Source of the DNA: an uncultured Gemmatimonadales bacterium
GTDB lineage: Bacteria > Gemmatimonadota > Gemmatimonadetes > Gemmatimonadales > GWC2-71-9
Reading direction: 5' to 3'
Assembly (NCBI GenBank): GCA_963825055.1
Contig: CAWGSK010000015.1
Span: 32,001-96,000, forward strand
Length of the DNA: 64,000 nucleotides
Translations under genes and position numbers: made by a program
The notes under the pieces: generated by a model
What the model was told of the DNA's origin: nothing
Database searches by the model: none
What the model saw: only the letters and a program-made list of their open reading frames with translations
Shown here: positions 18,106 through 27,575 of the stretch, piece after piece
Numbering within the stretch: position 1 is the first letter of the stretch
Layout of the letters: each line of letters begins with the position of its first letter

Positions 18106-18933
18106 ATGAAACCGATCCAGGCCCTGCTCGTGCTCCCCCTGTTTGCCGCGTGCGCGCCGGCCGCCGAGAAGGTCACGCCCGCAGCGATGCCCGAAGTGGA
18201 GTTTCATTCCTCGGAATACGCATTTGCCGGCCCGGACACGGTCGCCCCCGGCTGGACCACGATCAAGCTGGTGAACGACGGCAGCCACGACCACCACATG
18301 ATCCTGGCCCAGCTGGACGCCGGCAAGACCGCGCAGGACATGATGACGTTTTTCCAGGAAAACGCGGCTGCCGATCCGCAGTGGGTGAAGTGGCGCGGGG
18401 CGTCGAACAGCGTGTCCCCCGGGAATACGAACACCTCCATGGTCAATCTCACTCCCGGAAATTATGTCACGCTTTGCTTCATCCCCGACTCCGCGGGGGT
18501 CCCGCACATGGCGCACGGGATGGTGAAGGAGTTCGTCGTGGCCGGCGAGCCCGGTACCGCGGCGGCACCCACGGCTGACGCGGAGATTCATACCAGCGAG
18601 TACAAGTTCACCATGCCGGCCGTCTCGGCGGGCACGCATACGTTCCGGTTCGTAAACGACGGCAAGGAGACCCACGAGGTTGAGGTTCTGCGCCTCAACG
18701 AAGGCGCGACGCCCGAGCAGGTGATGGCGGCCTTCGCGCCCGGTTCCACCACCCCGCCCCCGGTCACGTCGGTCGGCGGGCCCGGTGCGCTGAGCCCGGG
18801 ACTGGACGACTACTGGACCGTGACGCTGGAACCGGGGCAGTACGTGGTGGTGTGCTTCGTGCCGGCGGCCGACGGACAGCCGCACATCGCCAAGGGAATG
18901 ATGCAGGAGTGGACGATTCCGGCGGCGAACTGA
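18106..18933 (+). CDS. Lipoprotein with two cupredoxin-like domains
   Basis: Lipobox FAAC; two repeats each containing H...CF(I/V)P..G.PH...GM. Confidence 0.75.
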   Translation: MKPIQALLVLPLFAACAPAAEKVTPAAMPEVEFHSSEYAFAGPDTVAPGWTTIKLVNDGSHDHHMILAQLDAGKTAQDMMTFFQENAAADPQWVKWRGASNSVSPGNTNTSMVNLTPGNYVTLCFIPDSAGVPHMAHGMVKEFVVAGEPGTAAAPTADAEIHTSEYKFTMPAVSAGTHTFRFVNDGKETHEVEVLRLNEGATPEQVMAAFAPGSTTPPPVTSVGGPGALSPGLDDYWTVTLEPGQYVVVCFVPAADGQPHIAKGMMQEWTIPAAN

Positions 18934-18939
18934 GGAGTG

Positions 18940-18988
18940 GTCGGAGGTCGAAGGTCGAAAGGGCTCCCTGCGGGGGGCCCTTCTGATT
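18940..18988. terminator. GAAGGTC-like units followed by a GC hairpin between convergent genes
   Basis: aagggctccc-tgcg-gggggccctt. Confidence 0.6.
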
Positions 18989-19017
18989 TCCGGCATGGCT
19001 CGCCGAGCGGCCTTCCG

Positions 19018-20136
19018 CTATTCGAGGGCCTCGAGCCCGCGGCACGCCTGCTGGTGCGTGGGGTCCAGTTCCAGCGCACGGCGGTAGGCCGCACGCGCAT
19101 CCACTTTCCGGCCGGCTGCGGAGTATGCACGCCCCAGGCCAAAGGCGGCCTCTGCCGAGGAGGGATAGTCGGACTGGTTTGCCTGGAGTAATGCGATGGC
19201 GCCCCGCAGGTCACCCATCTTGAGCATCTGGTAGCCAACCGTCCCTGCGGCTTCCGCGGTTTCCACGTTGTGGTGCGTCCTGCGGAATTCCTGATAGGTC
19301 CAGAGGACGGCTTCGGGGTCGGAGCGCTGCTCGAACAAGTGCTCGATGAAGGCCTGGACCGGAGTTCGCTCGAATGTCGGCGGGGAGAACCACCTGCGAG
19401 GGATGTCGCGATTGGCTTCGAGATGCCCCCAGTGCATCGTCGATATCATGCCGCCGGTAGCACTGGAGCTGTCGGCGAACAGGTGAGGGTAGAGCACGCC
19501 CGCAACAGGGCGATAGTCGCCGAGCGTCGTCTGCGTGCAGACCTCCTCGCCGAACGCATGGATTCTGGCGCACTGGCGCGTCGCGATCGCCAGGTAGGTA
19601 TCACGATCCAGGAACCACTCGGTCCGGAAACCATCCCGCATTGTGACGATGAGCCGGTAGGTCGGCCGCCCGTGGATCCGCGCAGGCGCACCTCGCTCGA
19701 CCGCGCTGCCTTTCTCGACATAGTCGACGAGTGGATCTTCGACGCTCGCGTAGTGACGAATCGCGGCTGCAGCGGCGCCGACGGTCCTGATGACAAATCC
19801 GGGGCTCGCGTACCATTCCCAGGCCGCGCCATCGTAGCCCTCCATGAACTCCGGCTTCAGCCCCGGATCGCCCACCAGCTTGTAGTAGGGCCGCATCAGC
19901 ATCATGGCTGAGTGCCCGGAACCGGTAAAGCCCGGCTCGGCGTACCTGCCGTCGCTGTAGGAGAGCGTTCGTATCGCCTTGATGGCCTGGTATCCGCCGA
20001 GCGCACGGATGTGGAGGGCGATCAGTGAGTCGACCGAGGGACGGTCCGACTGAGCCATCGCTGTCCCGGCCACCAGTGCCGCGGCCAGTGCGACAGCCGC
20101 CGCCGACAGCAGATGCCCCTTGCGCTCGAATACCAT
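19018..20136 (-). CDS. Secreted protein with a LolA-like/lipoprotein-sorting-type N-domain and C-terminal TPR
   Basis: Signal peptide; ALGG..AIKAI, GYDG..AW and DYRPVAGVLYP patterns; TPR (AFGLGRAY..A.AAYRRALELDP); GAGGAG SD. Confidence 0.7.
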   Translation of the reverse strand: MVFERKGHLLSAAAVALAAALVAGTAMAQSDRPSVDSLIALHIRALGGYQAIKAIRTLSYSDGRYAEPGFTGSGHSAMMLMRPYYKLVGDPGLKPEFMEGYDGAAWEWYASPGFVIRTVGAAAAAIRHYASVEDPLVDYVEKGSAVERGAPARIHGRPTYRLIVTMRDGFRTEWFLDRDTYLAIATRQCARIHAFGEEVCTQTTLGDYRPVAGVLYPHLFADSSSATGGMISTMHWGHLEANRDIPRRWFSPPTFERTPVQAFIEHLFEQRSDPEAVLWTYQEFRRTHHNVETAEAAGTVGYQMLKMGDLRGAIALLQANQSDYPSSAEAAFGLGRAYSAAGRKVDARAAYRRALELDPTHQQACRGLEALE

Positions 20137-20318
20137 TTCGTCTCCTCAGTCGTGGCGGAGCAGGGGGGACGACTGGTTCGACACAGGCTGGACAGAAAGG
20201 GTTTGTCGGACACGGGATGCTCCCGTGGCCCCGAGCGTGGAGAAAGGCTGGCCGCGGAGCAGCCGATCTCCTGTGAGGGACGAAGGCGGCATTGGGCGTC
20301 CCCCGTGCAGTGCCGGTC

Positions 20319-20792
20319 TCATTGCCCCGGTGGCGGACGTGAGCGATTCGTGTTGTCGATATCTGCTGCAATCATCCACGGACCACCGGGATCCCGCCGC
20401 AGCGCGAGGACGAACTTGCCGGCGTCGGCCGCAGCCGTTCCCCAGCGATACCCACCAATAATGTATCCCACCGTATCGGCGGCCCCATACGCCAGGGCGC
20501 GGAGGCAGAGCGATCCCCCAGCACTCCGGTAGTCCTCGGCGATGGCAGGCCGTCCCCGGACCGGCGGCCGGCCATTGGGCAGGATCATGCCGTCCCCGGT
20601 GAAGAGCGCGGCGAGCCCTTCCGGATTCCTTCCCTGCCATTCGCGCTCGTAATCGCGGAGGACGCGCTCGAGGTGGGCCGGGAGAGTGACTGAAGGCATC
20701 GGCCCGTCACCGGCCTCCTGCGCCCTTGCCGTGTGTGGAGCCACAACCTCTGCTGCCACGGCGACAGCCAGCAGTAACCATCCCGTTTTCAT
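20319..20792 (-). CDS. Secreted NTF2/SnoaL-like (DUF4440-type) protein
   Basis: LAALFTGDG..LPNG.PPVRGR.AI and GKFVLALRR...W.I..D patterns. Confidence 0.75.
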   Translation of the reverse strand: MKTGWLLLAVAVAAEVVAPHTARAQEAGDGPMPSVTLPAHLERVLRDYEREWQGRNPEGLAALFTGDGMILPNGRPPVRGRPAIAEDYRSAGGSLCLRALAYGAADTVGYIIGGYRWGTAAADAGKFVLALRRDPGGPWMIAADIDNTNRSRPPPGQ

Positions 20793-21322
20793 TGGTCCTC
20801 CAGAGCTTTCGCGGTAACGTCCGAGAGACTGGACGGACCACCTGCGCCGCCCCCGCTCACGACGCTGAACGAGCCATCCGTTTCGAGCACCACCGCCTCG
20901 GCGGCGGCCATGTCGGAGAAGCCGGCCGAGCGTACGGCGGCGCGGATCTCGGCTTCGGTGACGCGCGCGCGCCTCAGCGCGGCCGGCAGAACCTCACCCC
21001 GGTACATGAGCATCCTCGGCTCGCCCGTCACGGCTTTCCGGATCCACGGAATGCGGACGCTGGACCAGGTCACCATGAACTGCAGGAGAATCAGGAGGAC
21101 GAATGCGAGGATTCCGCGCGCAAGGGAAACCTCGCTGCTCAGGAACACCGTGGCGAGAATAGAGCCAAGGGCCACGGTGACGACCAGGTCAAAGGCATTG
21201 AGCTTCGAGAGAGTACGCTTGCCCGCGATCCGCAGCACTAGCACCAGCGCGACATAGGCCAGTACTCCCACCACCAGTGCGCGCAGCAGGCTGTCCCAGC
21301 CAGGAAAGAATGCAGTTTCCAC
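20789..21322 (-). CDS. DUF421/YetF family membrane protein
   Basis: LRIAGKRTLSKLNAFDLVVTVALGS, VVLETDGSFSV. Confidence 0.9.
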   Translation of the reverse strand: METAFFPGWDSLLRALVVGVLAYVALVLVLRIAGKRTLSKLNAFDLVVTVALGSILATVFLSSEVSLARGILAFVLLILLQFMVTWSSVRIPWIRKAVTGEPRMLMYRGEVLPAALRRARVTEAEIRAAVRSAGFSDMAAAEAVVLETDGSFSVVSGGGAGGPSSLSDVTAKALEDQ

Positions 21323-21458
21323 AAACGCCTCGCGTCTGCTGGAGTCTGGAGTTCGGTGTTCCCCAAGATAGCCGGCGGGTTTCCCGGTACCTTCATCGCG
21401 ACTTCATTCAGGTCGCGGCATCTTTCAGGACGGCTCCTGTGGAAGATAGAAGGTCATC

Positions 21459-22304
21459 ATGAAATTCCTGCTCGCCACCGGCGTCATCATCGGCGCGCTC
21501 GCTATTCTCGTCATCACGGCCGCGGGCCTGGGCCAGCTCCGCTGGAACCGGGCGACGCAGGAGGCGGTTCGGGCGCTGCGCGCTGATACCACGCCGGCGC
21601 TCCCTGTCGTGTGGAACCCGGCGATGACGGACACCCTTCCCGCTCCGGTCCGTCGCTACTTCCGTTTTGCGCTGACACCCGGACGGCCGTTGCCGGCAAC
21701 CGCCCGGCTCGCGCAGGTTGGCGAATTCCTGACGAAGCCTGGCGGCAAGTGGAGTCCCTTTGCAGCGATCGAGCACTTCTCCGTCACACCGCCCGGGTTC
21801 GTCTGGGATGCCTCGATCGGCACGGCGCCGCTGGTCACCATCCGCGTGAGGGACGAATACCGTGACGGCCACGGTGGGATGGTCGCGCGAGTCGCCGGAC
21901 TCCTGGAGGTGGCCGAGGGACGGGACACGCCCGAGCTGGCACAGGGGGCTCTGGTGCGGTACCTGGCCGAGGCGGTGTGGCTGCCCCCCGCTCTCCTGCC
22001 GGCGGAGGGCCTGGCATGGGAGCCGGTGGACGACAGCACGGCGCGCGCCACCCTGTCCGACCAGGGAAACCGCGTCTCGGTGGATTTCCATTTTGATCCT
22101 GAAGGTCGGATTGTCCGGGTCTCCGGAATGCGATACCGGGACGTGGACGGTGCGGGCGTCATGACGCCGTGGTCAGGTGAGTTCGGTGACTATCGCGAAG
22201 TGAACGGCATGATGGTGCCGGAACGGGGAAGCGTTGCCTGGCTTCTGCCGGAGGGGCGTTACACGTACTGGAAGGGGACGATCGTGGACTGGAACTACCG
22301 GTAA
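21459..22304 (+). CDS. Conserved hypothetical membrane-anchored protein (DUF6544/DUF6920-like)
   Basis: LPAPVRRY, PPGFVW.A, RYLAEAVW.P, PW.G...Y....G..VP; family name recalled, not searched. Confidence 0.7.
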   Translation: MKFLLATGVIIGALAILVITAAGLGQLRWNRATQEAVRALRADTTPALPVVWNPAMTDTLPAPVRRYFRFALTPGRPLPATARLAQVGEFLTKPGGKWSPFAAIEHFSVTPPGFVWDASIGTAPLVTIRVRDEYRDGHGGMVARVAGLLEVAEGRDTPELAQGALVRYLAEAVWLPPALLPAEGLAWEPVDDSTARATLSDQGNRVSVDFHFDPEGRIVRVSGMRYRDVDGAGVMTPWSGEFGDYREVNGMMVPERGSVAWLLPEGRYTYWKGTIVDWNYR

Positions 22305-22306
22305 TA

Positions 22307-22645
22307 TCAGCGACCGCGGTCGAATTCGGTAACCAGCCGTTTCGGTGCCTGCCGGCGCCATGCTTCCTCCAGCACGTCACGGAGGTCCGCCGCGTCTGCC
22401 GCCGGCAGGCGCACGAGGACGGTGGGATAGCCGTGGTAGTGGTCGGTCGTGAAAAAGACTTCGGGGTCAGCCTGCATTCTCAAGTCGCGCTCCTCGAAAC
22501 CGCACTTGACGGCCAGTGTCTCGCCATCCTCCCGGAGCCGGGCCATGAACTTTCCCTTCACGCGGAAAGCCGCCGTTCCGTAGGAAGTGCCTTCCTCGAC
22601 GCCGGGCAACGCGAGCGCGACCCGGCGGACCTCATCGAATGTCAT
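22307..22645 (-). CDS. MmcQ/YjbR family DNA-binding protein
   Basis: ALPGVEEGTSYGTAAFRV.GK, P.VFFTTDHY.GYP.VLVRL, AW...APK. Confidence 0.88.
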   Translation of the reverse strand: MTFDEVRRVALALPGVEEGTSYGTAAFRVKGKFMARLREDGETLAVKCGFEERDLRMQADPEVFFTTDHYHGYPTVLVRLPAADAADLRDVLEEAWRRQAPKRLVTEFDRGR

Positions 22646-23214
22646 GGCCGATACCCTGACCGGGCCTGGAGTGAATCGGACAGGACAGGCCGGATGTCGT
22701 CATCGGTGCCGGGAGTGCCATCGGCCCCCACCGCGAAGAGATCGTATGTCCGGCCATCCGGTGCGAGCGAGTACGGGAATGTCCGGGGGAGGTGGCCGAT
22801 ACCGGCGGACTGGTCGTAGATGTTGACGAGGTTGACCGGCAGCGGTGTCCCGATGAGCGCCTCGAGCCGGTCGGGGTACGCGCCATTGCGCTCGTGCCAG
22901 CGCTCCAGTGCCACCACCACGTCCAACAGGTTCTTCCGGGTCACATCCGCCTGGGCGCTCCGGAACGCGTCGGTCTGTCCGAACCATCCCGCCAGCATGA
23001 CCATGAACCCGAACTGCGCGAACACGGCCAGGGCGCCGAGGCCCGCCGCCCAGAGCGCCTTCGGCCGGCGGGCCAGCAGACCCCAGATGACCGCGGCCAC
23101 CCCGGTGAAGAGCCCGATGAACGGGATGAAGCCGGTTGCCGCCAGCACGAACGGCGGCCAGGCCGGCTTCACTGGTGGTGTCGGTATTCCCTGCGGGGTC
23201 GCTGCGGTGGGCAT
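22642..23214 (-). CDS. Membrane protein with a GspG-like C-terminal domain
   Basis: N-terminal TM helices; ALERW....G.YP..L..L and YDLFAVGADG.PGTDDDI. Confidence 0.65.
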   Translation of the reverse strand: MPTAATPQGIPTPPVKPAWPPFVLAATGFIPFIGLFTGVAAVIWGLLARRPKALWAAGLGALAVFAQFGFMVMLAGWFGQTDAFRSAQADVTRKNLLDVVVALERWHERNGAYPDRLEALIGTPLPVNLVNIYDQSAGIGHLPRTFPYSLAPDGRTYDLFAVGADGTPGTDDDIRPVLSDSLQARSGYRP

Positions 23215-23218
23215 CGGC

Positions 23219-23455
23219 TCAGTGGGAACCGGTCTGACGGGCAGCCCGCCGTACTCGCTGCACGCCGAAGGCGATCAGGAGAATGGAGGGCCAGAAGGTG
23301 AAGGCCGCGAGGATGCCGAACCCGACCGGATTAGGGTTCGGGTCGCGGGTCAGGCCCAGGGAAGCGAGCAGGATGATGGTCAGCAGTGGCCCGGAACCGA
23401 GAATGAAGATGACTAGGCCGACCCGGACCATCCGCGAGCGGAGGTAAGGGTTCAT
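23219..23455 (-). CDS. Small two-TM hypothetical protein
   Basis: Two hydrophobic segments around DPNPNPVGFG. Confidence 0.7.
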   Translation of the reverse strand: MNPYLRSRMVRVGLVIFILGSGPLLTIILLASLGLTRDPNPNPVGFGILAAFTFWPSILLIAFGVQRVRRAARQTGSH

Positions 23456-23628
23456 GGCTTCAGTATGGGTGTGATGTCGAAGGGCGCAAGGGTCTGGAGT
23501 CAGGGGGTCGCGGAGGCGAGAGGTCCCGGGTGGAGGTCCCAGTCAGCGATCAGACGGTGTTGCGCGTGCCAGGAGAAGCGGGAGTAAGTTGCGTTTTCGG
23601 CCGACCACACCGACAGATGAGGAGAGAC

Positions 23629-24354
23629 ATGGTACGCATAGCTCGCAACATCGTTCTAGGAGCGCTGCTCGCTGCTGCAGGCGTTGTCGTCGCCCTCGCG
23701 TGTGATGATCCATCCGAGGCCCGAATGTCACGCGCGACCGCAGATGTCGCCGACGACCTTCCGGTCATTCGCGTCACCGCGGAGCCCCTGGAGCCGGCCC
23801 TCAGGCTGGTGACCGCCGATTCGGGAAACGAAGTCCGGTATCGCGTGCGTGAGCAGCTCATGGGAGTCAGCTTCCCCAACGATGCGGTCGGGCACAACCC
23901 GGCCGTGACCGGCCAGCTCTCGCTCGAGGACAACGGTGCGGTCATGGCGGACCAGTCGCTCTTTACGGTTCAGGCAGGGTCGTTCACCAGCGACAAGGAC
24001 CGGCGTGACGGCTACGTGCGCCGGCGCCTGCTCGACGCGGACAGTTTTCCGACGATCACCTTTCAGCTGGCGAGCCTGGATGGGCTGCAGGGAGCGCTGC
24101 CGGGGTCCGGCGATCGTGACCTGACGGCCACGGGGCTCCTGACCATCAAGGGTGTGTCCCACCCGGTGACCTGGCAGATGCACGCCACCTTCACCCCCGG
24201 TCAGGTATCCGGAACCGCGACGACCGGGTTCACGTTCGAGGACTTTGCTCTCACCAGGCCGCGGGTTCGCGTGGTGCTGAGCGTCGCTGATTCGATTCAC
24301 CTTGAATACGACTTCAGGATGCGTGTGGCCCGCGAGTCGGGCGCGGGGAGCTGA
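23629..24354 (+). CDS. YceI family (lipo)protein
   Basis: YRVREQL, SD..RRD......L....FP.ITF, G.LTIKGV..PVT; GAGGAG SD before ATG 23629. Confidence 0.88.
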   Translation: MVRIARNIVLGALLAAAGVVVALACDDPSEARMSRATADVADDLPVIRVTAEPLEPALRLVTADSGNEVRYRVREQLMGVSFPNDAVGHNPAVTGQLSLEDNGAVMADQSLFTVQAGSFTSDKDRRDGYVRRRLLDADSFPTITFQLASLDGLQGALPGSGDRDLTATGLLTIKGVSHPVTWQMHATFTPGQVSGTATTGFTFEDFALTRPRVRVVLSVADSIHLEYDFRMRVARESGAGS

Positions 24355-24356
24355 GG

Positions 24357-24428
24357 CAGAAGTCGCGGAGTCGCGGAGGTCAGGGCGGTAGCCAACGACT
24401 CAACGGCTCAACGACTCGCCGCTCAAAC
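24357..24428. repeat. Inverted 8-mer arrays (GCGGAGTC-like / GACTCAAC-like) between convergent genes
   Basis: Starts just after the YceI stop and supplies the methyltransferase stop. Confidence 0.75.
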
Positions 24429-25161
24429 GCCTTCCCGCCAGGAACATTACATGCTGCCCGTCTTCCACTTCACTGTGCTTGAATGGAACCACAGACGGAT
24501 GAAACCCGGCAGCGGACAACACGCGGAGCCACTCGGCCGTGGAAAACAGCCCCTCCACATGGCGGTCATGCACCGCGCGAACCTCTCCGTCCGAGGTGCG
24601 GAGGAGGTATGCGTAGTCCACCATGCACTGCGAGTCGGCGGGATCCGGGTCCCATGTCCAGGAGAGGTAGCGCAACCCGCGTCCGTCCGGTGCGTCGGCC
24701 CCACCCTTGCCGGTATCGGCCTTGAACGTCTCCCTGACATGGTCCGGACAGAACAGTGCGACGCCGCCCGGAGCGCAGTGTATCCAGGCGGTCGCCACGG
24801 CCTGTCGCAGGTCCTCCAGGTCCAGCATGTAGCAGACCGCATCATGCACGAAGACGGCGTCGAACGTTCGTTCGAGCCGGACGGTGCGCATGTCACCGAT
24901 ATGGTGCTCGCATTCCGGGTTGAGCGTCCGGCTGTGCGCCAGCATCCCCTCTGAAGGTTCCACGAGCGTCATGGCGAGGTCCCGCTTCAGCCACGAGGCG
25001 TTGTTGCCCCCGCCGGCACCGAGTTCGAGACAGGTCGTGAGCGGCCGTTTCGCGCCCTCGCGCATCGTGCGGAGGTAGATGCCGGCCTCCTCCTCGTAGT
25101 TCTGTGGGGGAGAGAGCAGGGGCCACCATTCGGCGAGCCGATCATAGAGCAGTGGGGACAT
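24400..25161 (-). CDS. Class I SAM-dependent methyltransferase
   Basis: LELGAGGG motif I, GDMRTVRL, FDAVFVHDA. Confidence 0.9.
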   Translation of the reverse strand: MSPLLYDRLAEWWPLLSPPQNYEEEAGIYLRTMREGAKRPLTTCLELGAGGGNNASWLKRDLAMTLVEPSEGMLAHSRTLNPECEHHIGDMRTVRLERTFDAVFVHDAVCYMLDLEDLRQAVATAWIHCAPGGVALFCPDHVRETFKADTGKGGADAPDGRGLRYLSWTWDPDPADSQCMVDYAYLLRTSDGEVRAVHDRHVEGLFSTAEWLRVLSAAGFHPSVVPFKHSEVEDGQHVMFLAGRRLSGESLSR

Positions 25162-25269
25162 GGCGCCGGGGGCAGAAGGTCCGGGGATGCGAGGGTCAGG
25201 ACTAATTCTGGACAACTCGGGAACCGGGCGCAATGATATCGGGACGCTGCCCCGGAGTGATCTACTCTC

Positions 25270-27483
25270 ATGCCAGACACCTTCGCACGCCTGAGTCGCG
25301 CCCTGGCCGCCCGGTACCATCTCGAGCGGGAGATCGGGCGCGGGGGCATGGCAACGGTCTATCTCGCCCGGGACCAGAAGCACCCGCGCAAGGTGGCCGT
25401 GAAGGTCCTGCACCCGGAACTGGCCGCCGCTATCGGCCCGGCGCGGTTCGCCCGCGAGATCGAGATCGCGGCGCGTCTCACCCATCCGCACATCCTCACG
25501 CTGATCGATTCCGGCGAGAGCGACGGGTTTCTGTACTACGTCATGCCCTTCGTGGAGGGCGAGTCACTCGAAGCCCGCCTGGAACGCGAGGGTCGCCTCT
25601 CCCCGGCCGACGCGGTGCGGCTCATCGGACAGGTCGCCTCGGCGCTGGACTATGCCCACTCGCAAGGTGTGATCCACCGCGATATCAAGCCCGCCAACAT
25701 CCTGCTCTCGGCCGGACAGGCGATCGTCGCCGACTTCGGCGTCGCCCGGGCCGTCGAGTCAGCGGGCGCGGAACGCCTGACCGGTACGGGCATGGCACTG
25801 GGGACGCCGACCTACATGAGCCCTGAACAGGCGTTCGGCGAGGACAGCGTGGATGGGCGCGCGGATGTGTACGCCATGGGTTGTGTGCTGTACGAAATGC
25901 TGGTCGGGCGCCCTCCGTTCGAGGCAGCCTCTCCCCAGGCCCTGCTGGCCCAGCATGCCATGCGCGTGGCGCCACGCCTCCGGACGCTGCTCCCGGAACT
26001 TCCCCTCTTCCTTGACCGTGCCGTCAGTCGCGCGCTGGCCAAGGAACCGGACGAACGTTTTGCTACCGCGGCCGCGATGGCGGAGACACTCCTGTCGGGG
26101 GTCGTGGTGGACCAGGTCGGTCGGCGCCGCATCGCGGTGCTTCCACCGGTCAACGTGTCCAACGACCCGGACCATGACTACCTCGTGCTCGGCCTCCACG
26201 AGGCCCTCATCTCGCGGCTCGGGCATGGCGATGCGGCGGTGCTGGCACGGACCTCGGTGCTGCAGTACCACGGCACGAGTCTCCCGGCCCATGAGATCTG
26301 TCGCCAGCTGTCGGCCGATGCCGTGGTGGAATCTTCCCTGTTCCGCGCGCAGGATGAAATCGAGGTCCAGGCCCGGCTCATCGACGGTGAGACCGAGGAG
26401 AGCCTCTGGGCCGGATCTTATGACGGGAAAGCGAGGAATGTCCTGGCCCTGTACCGGGAGATCTGCGATTCGATCTCCCGCGAAGTCCATGGCACGCTCG
26501 GACGGCGCGCGGCGACGTCCGGGGCCCGGCCAGTGGCGAATCCGATCGCACTCGAGCGCTACATGCGCGGCCGGGTGCACCAGCAGACGTTCAACCCACT
26601 GGACCTCGATCGCGCGATGCGGTACTACGAGGCGGCCCTGGAGGCGCAGCCGGACTTTGCGCCAGCGTACGCAGGCATGGCCCTGATCTGGGGTTCCAGG
26701 TCGGTCCTCGGCATGGTGCCGCCCTCCGAGGCCGGGCCGGCCTGGCGGGAGACGGCGGCCCGGGCGGTCGAACTGGATCCGGAGCTGGCCGAGGCGCACC
26801 AGGCCTTGGCCCAGGGGTATGCGTGGTACACCTTCGAATGGGACCGCGCCGAGGCGGCCTTCCGGCGGGCCACCGAGCTGGACCCGAACGAACCGCAGGC
26901 TCGCATCTTCTACTCGCATTTCCTGGCGATGATGCGGCGGGTGGAGGAGAGTGACGTTCAGATGCGTCAGGCGCTTGAAATCGATCCCTTCAATCCGTTC
27001 ACGCAGCTGCTGTATGGCGCGCAGCTGGGTCTCACGGGGCGGGCCGGGGAGGCCATCGCCCAGCTGTCGGGGATTCCGCCCAATCCGCTTCGCTCCCACG
27101 TGCTGGCGTGGCAGTTCGTCGCGCGGGATGAACTGGATACTGCACTCGAGCACTACCGCGACTACTTCCAGCTGCTCGGTGACCAGGAGATGGCGGCCAC
27201 CCTGAAAGATGACAGTGGACCCCGGGAGGCCTTCGCGCGGGCGGCGGCCCTTCTGACGGAGCGCGCCGGGTCCAGGTTCGTCAAGCCGAACAACCTGGTC
27301 TATCTCCACGCGCTGGCGGGGAACACGGACCTGGCCCTGGACTGGGCCGAGCGAGCCGTCGAGATGCGGGATCACGAAGTGGCGTACTGGGGCGCGGTCA
27401 GTTCGTGGGCGCTGGTGTTGCGGGGCGAGCCGAGGTTCCAGGCCATTCTCGAGAAGCTGGGGGTAGGCGGCGGCGCCCGATAA
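25270..27483 (+). CDS. Ser/Thr protein kinase with TolB-like and TPR domains
   Basis: EIGRGGMATV, HRDIKPANIL, DFG, GTPTYMSPEQ; IAVLP..N.S; repeated A.ELDP TPRs. Confidence 0.93.
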   Translation: MPDTFARLSRALAARYHLEREIGRGGMATVYLARDQKHPRKVAVKVLHPELAAAIGPARFAREIEIAARLTHPHILTLIDSGESDGFLYYVMPFVEGESLEARLEREGRLSPADAVRLIGQVASALDYAHSQGVIHRDIKPANILLSAGQAIVADFGVARAVESAGAERLTGTGMALGTPTYMSPEQAFGEDSVDGRADVYAMGCVLYEMLVGRPPFEAASPQALLAQHAMRVAPRLRTLLPELPLFLDRAVSRALAKEPDERFATAAAMAETLLSGVVVDQVGRRRIAVLPPVNVSNDPDHDYLVLGLHEALISRLGHGDAAVLARTSVLQYHGTSLPAHEICRQLSADAVVESSLFRAQDEIEVQARLIDGETEESLWAGSYDGKARNVLALYREICDSISREVHGTLGRRAATSGARPVANPIALERYMRGRVHQQTFNPLDLDRAMRYYEAALEAQPDFAPAYAGMALIWGSRSVLGMVPPSEAGPAWRETAARAVELDPELAEAHQALAQGYAWYTFEWDRAEAAFRRATELDPNEPQARIFYSHFLAMMRRVEESDVQMRQALEIDPFNPFTQLLYGAQLGLTGRAGEAIAQLSGIPPNPLRSHVLAWQFVARDELDTALEHYRDYFQLLGDQEMAATLKDDSGPREAFARAAALLTERAGSRFVKPNNLVYLHALAGNTDLALDWAERAVEMRDHEVAYWGAVSSWALVLRGEPRFQAILEKLGVGGGAR

Positions 27484-27521
27484 GGGCAGGAAGCAGGACG
27501 GAGGTCAATTTTCCAGGGAGG

Positions 27522-27575
27522 TTGACAGGCGCTGCGGTGTGCTGTTTTTATAGCACTATGCTGTTTTTACAACAT
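27522..27575 (+). promoter_or_regulatory. Putative promoter/operator: TTGACA plus direct repeat TGCTGTTTTTA x2
   Basis: TTGACA at 27522; tgctgttttta at 27540 and 27559; AT-rich patch in GC-rich DNA. Confidence 0.4.
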
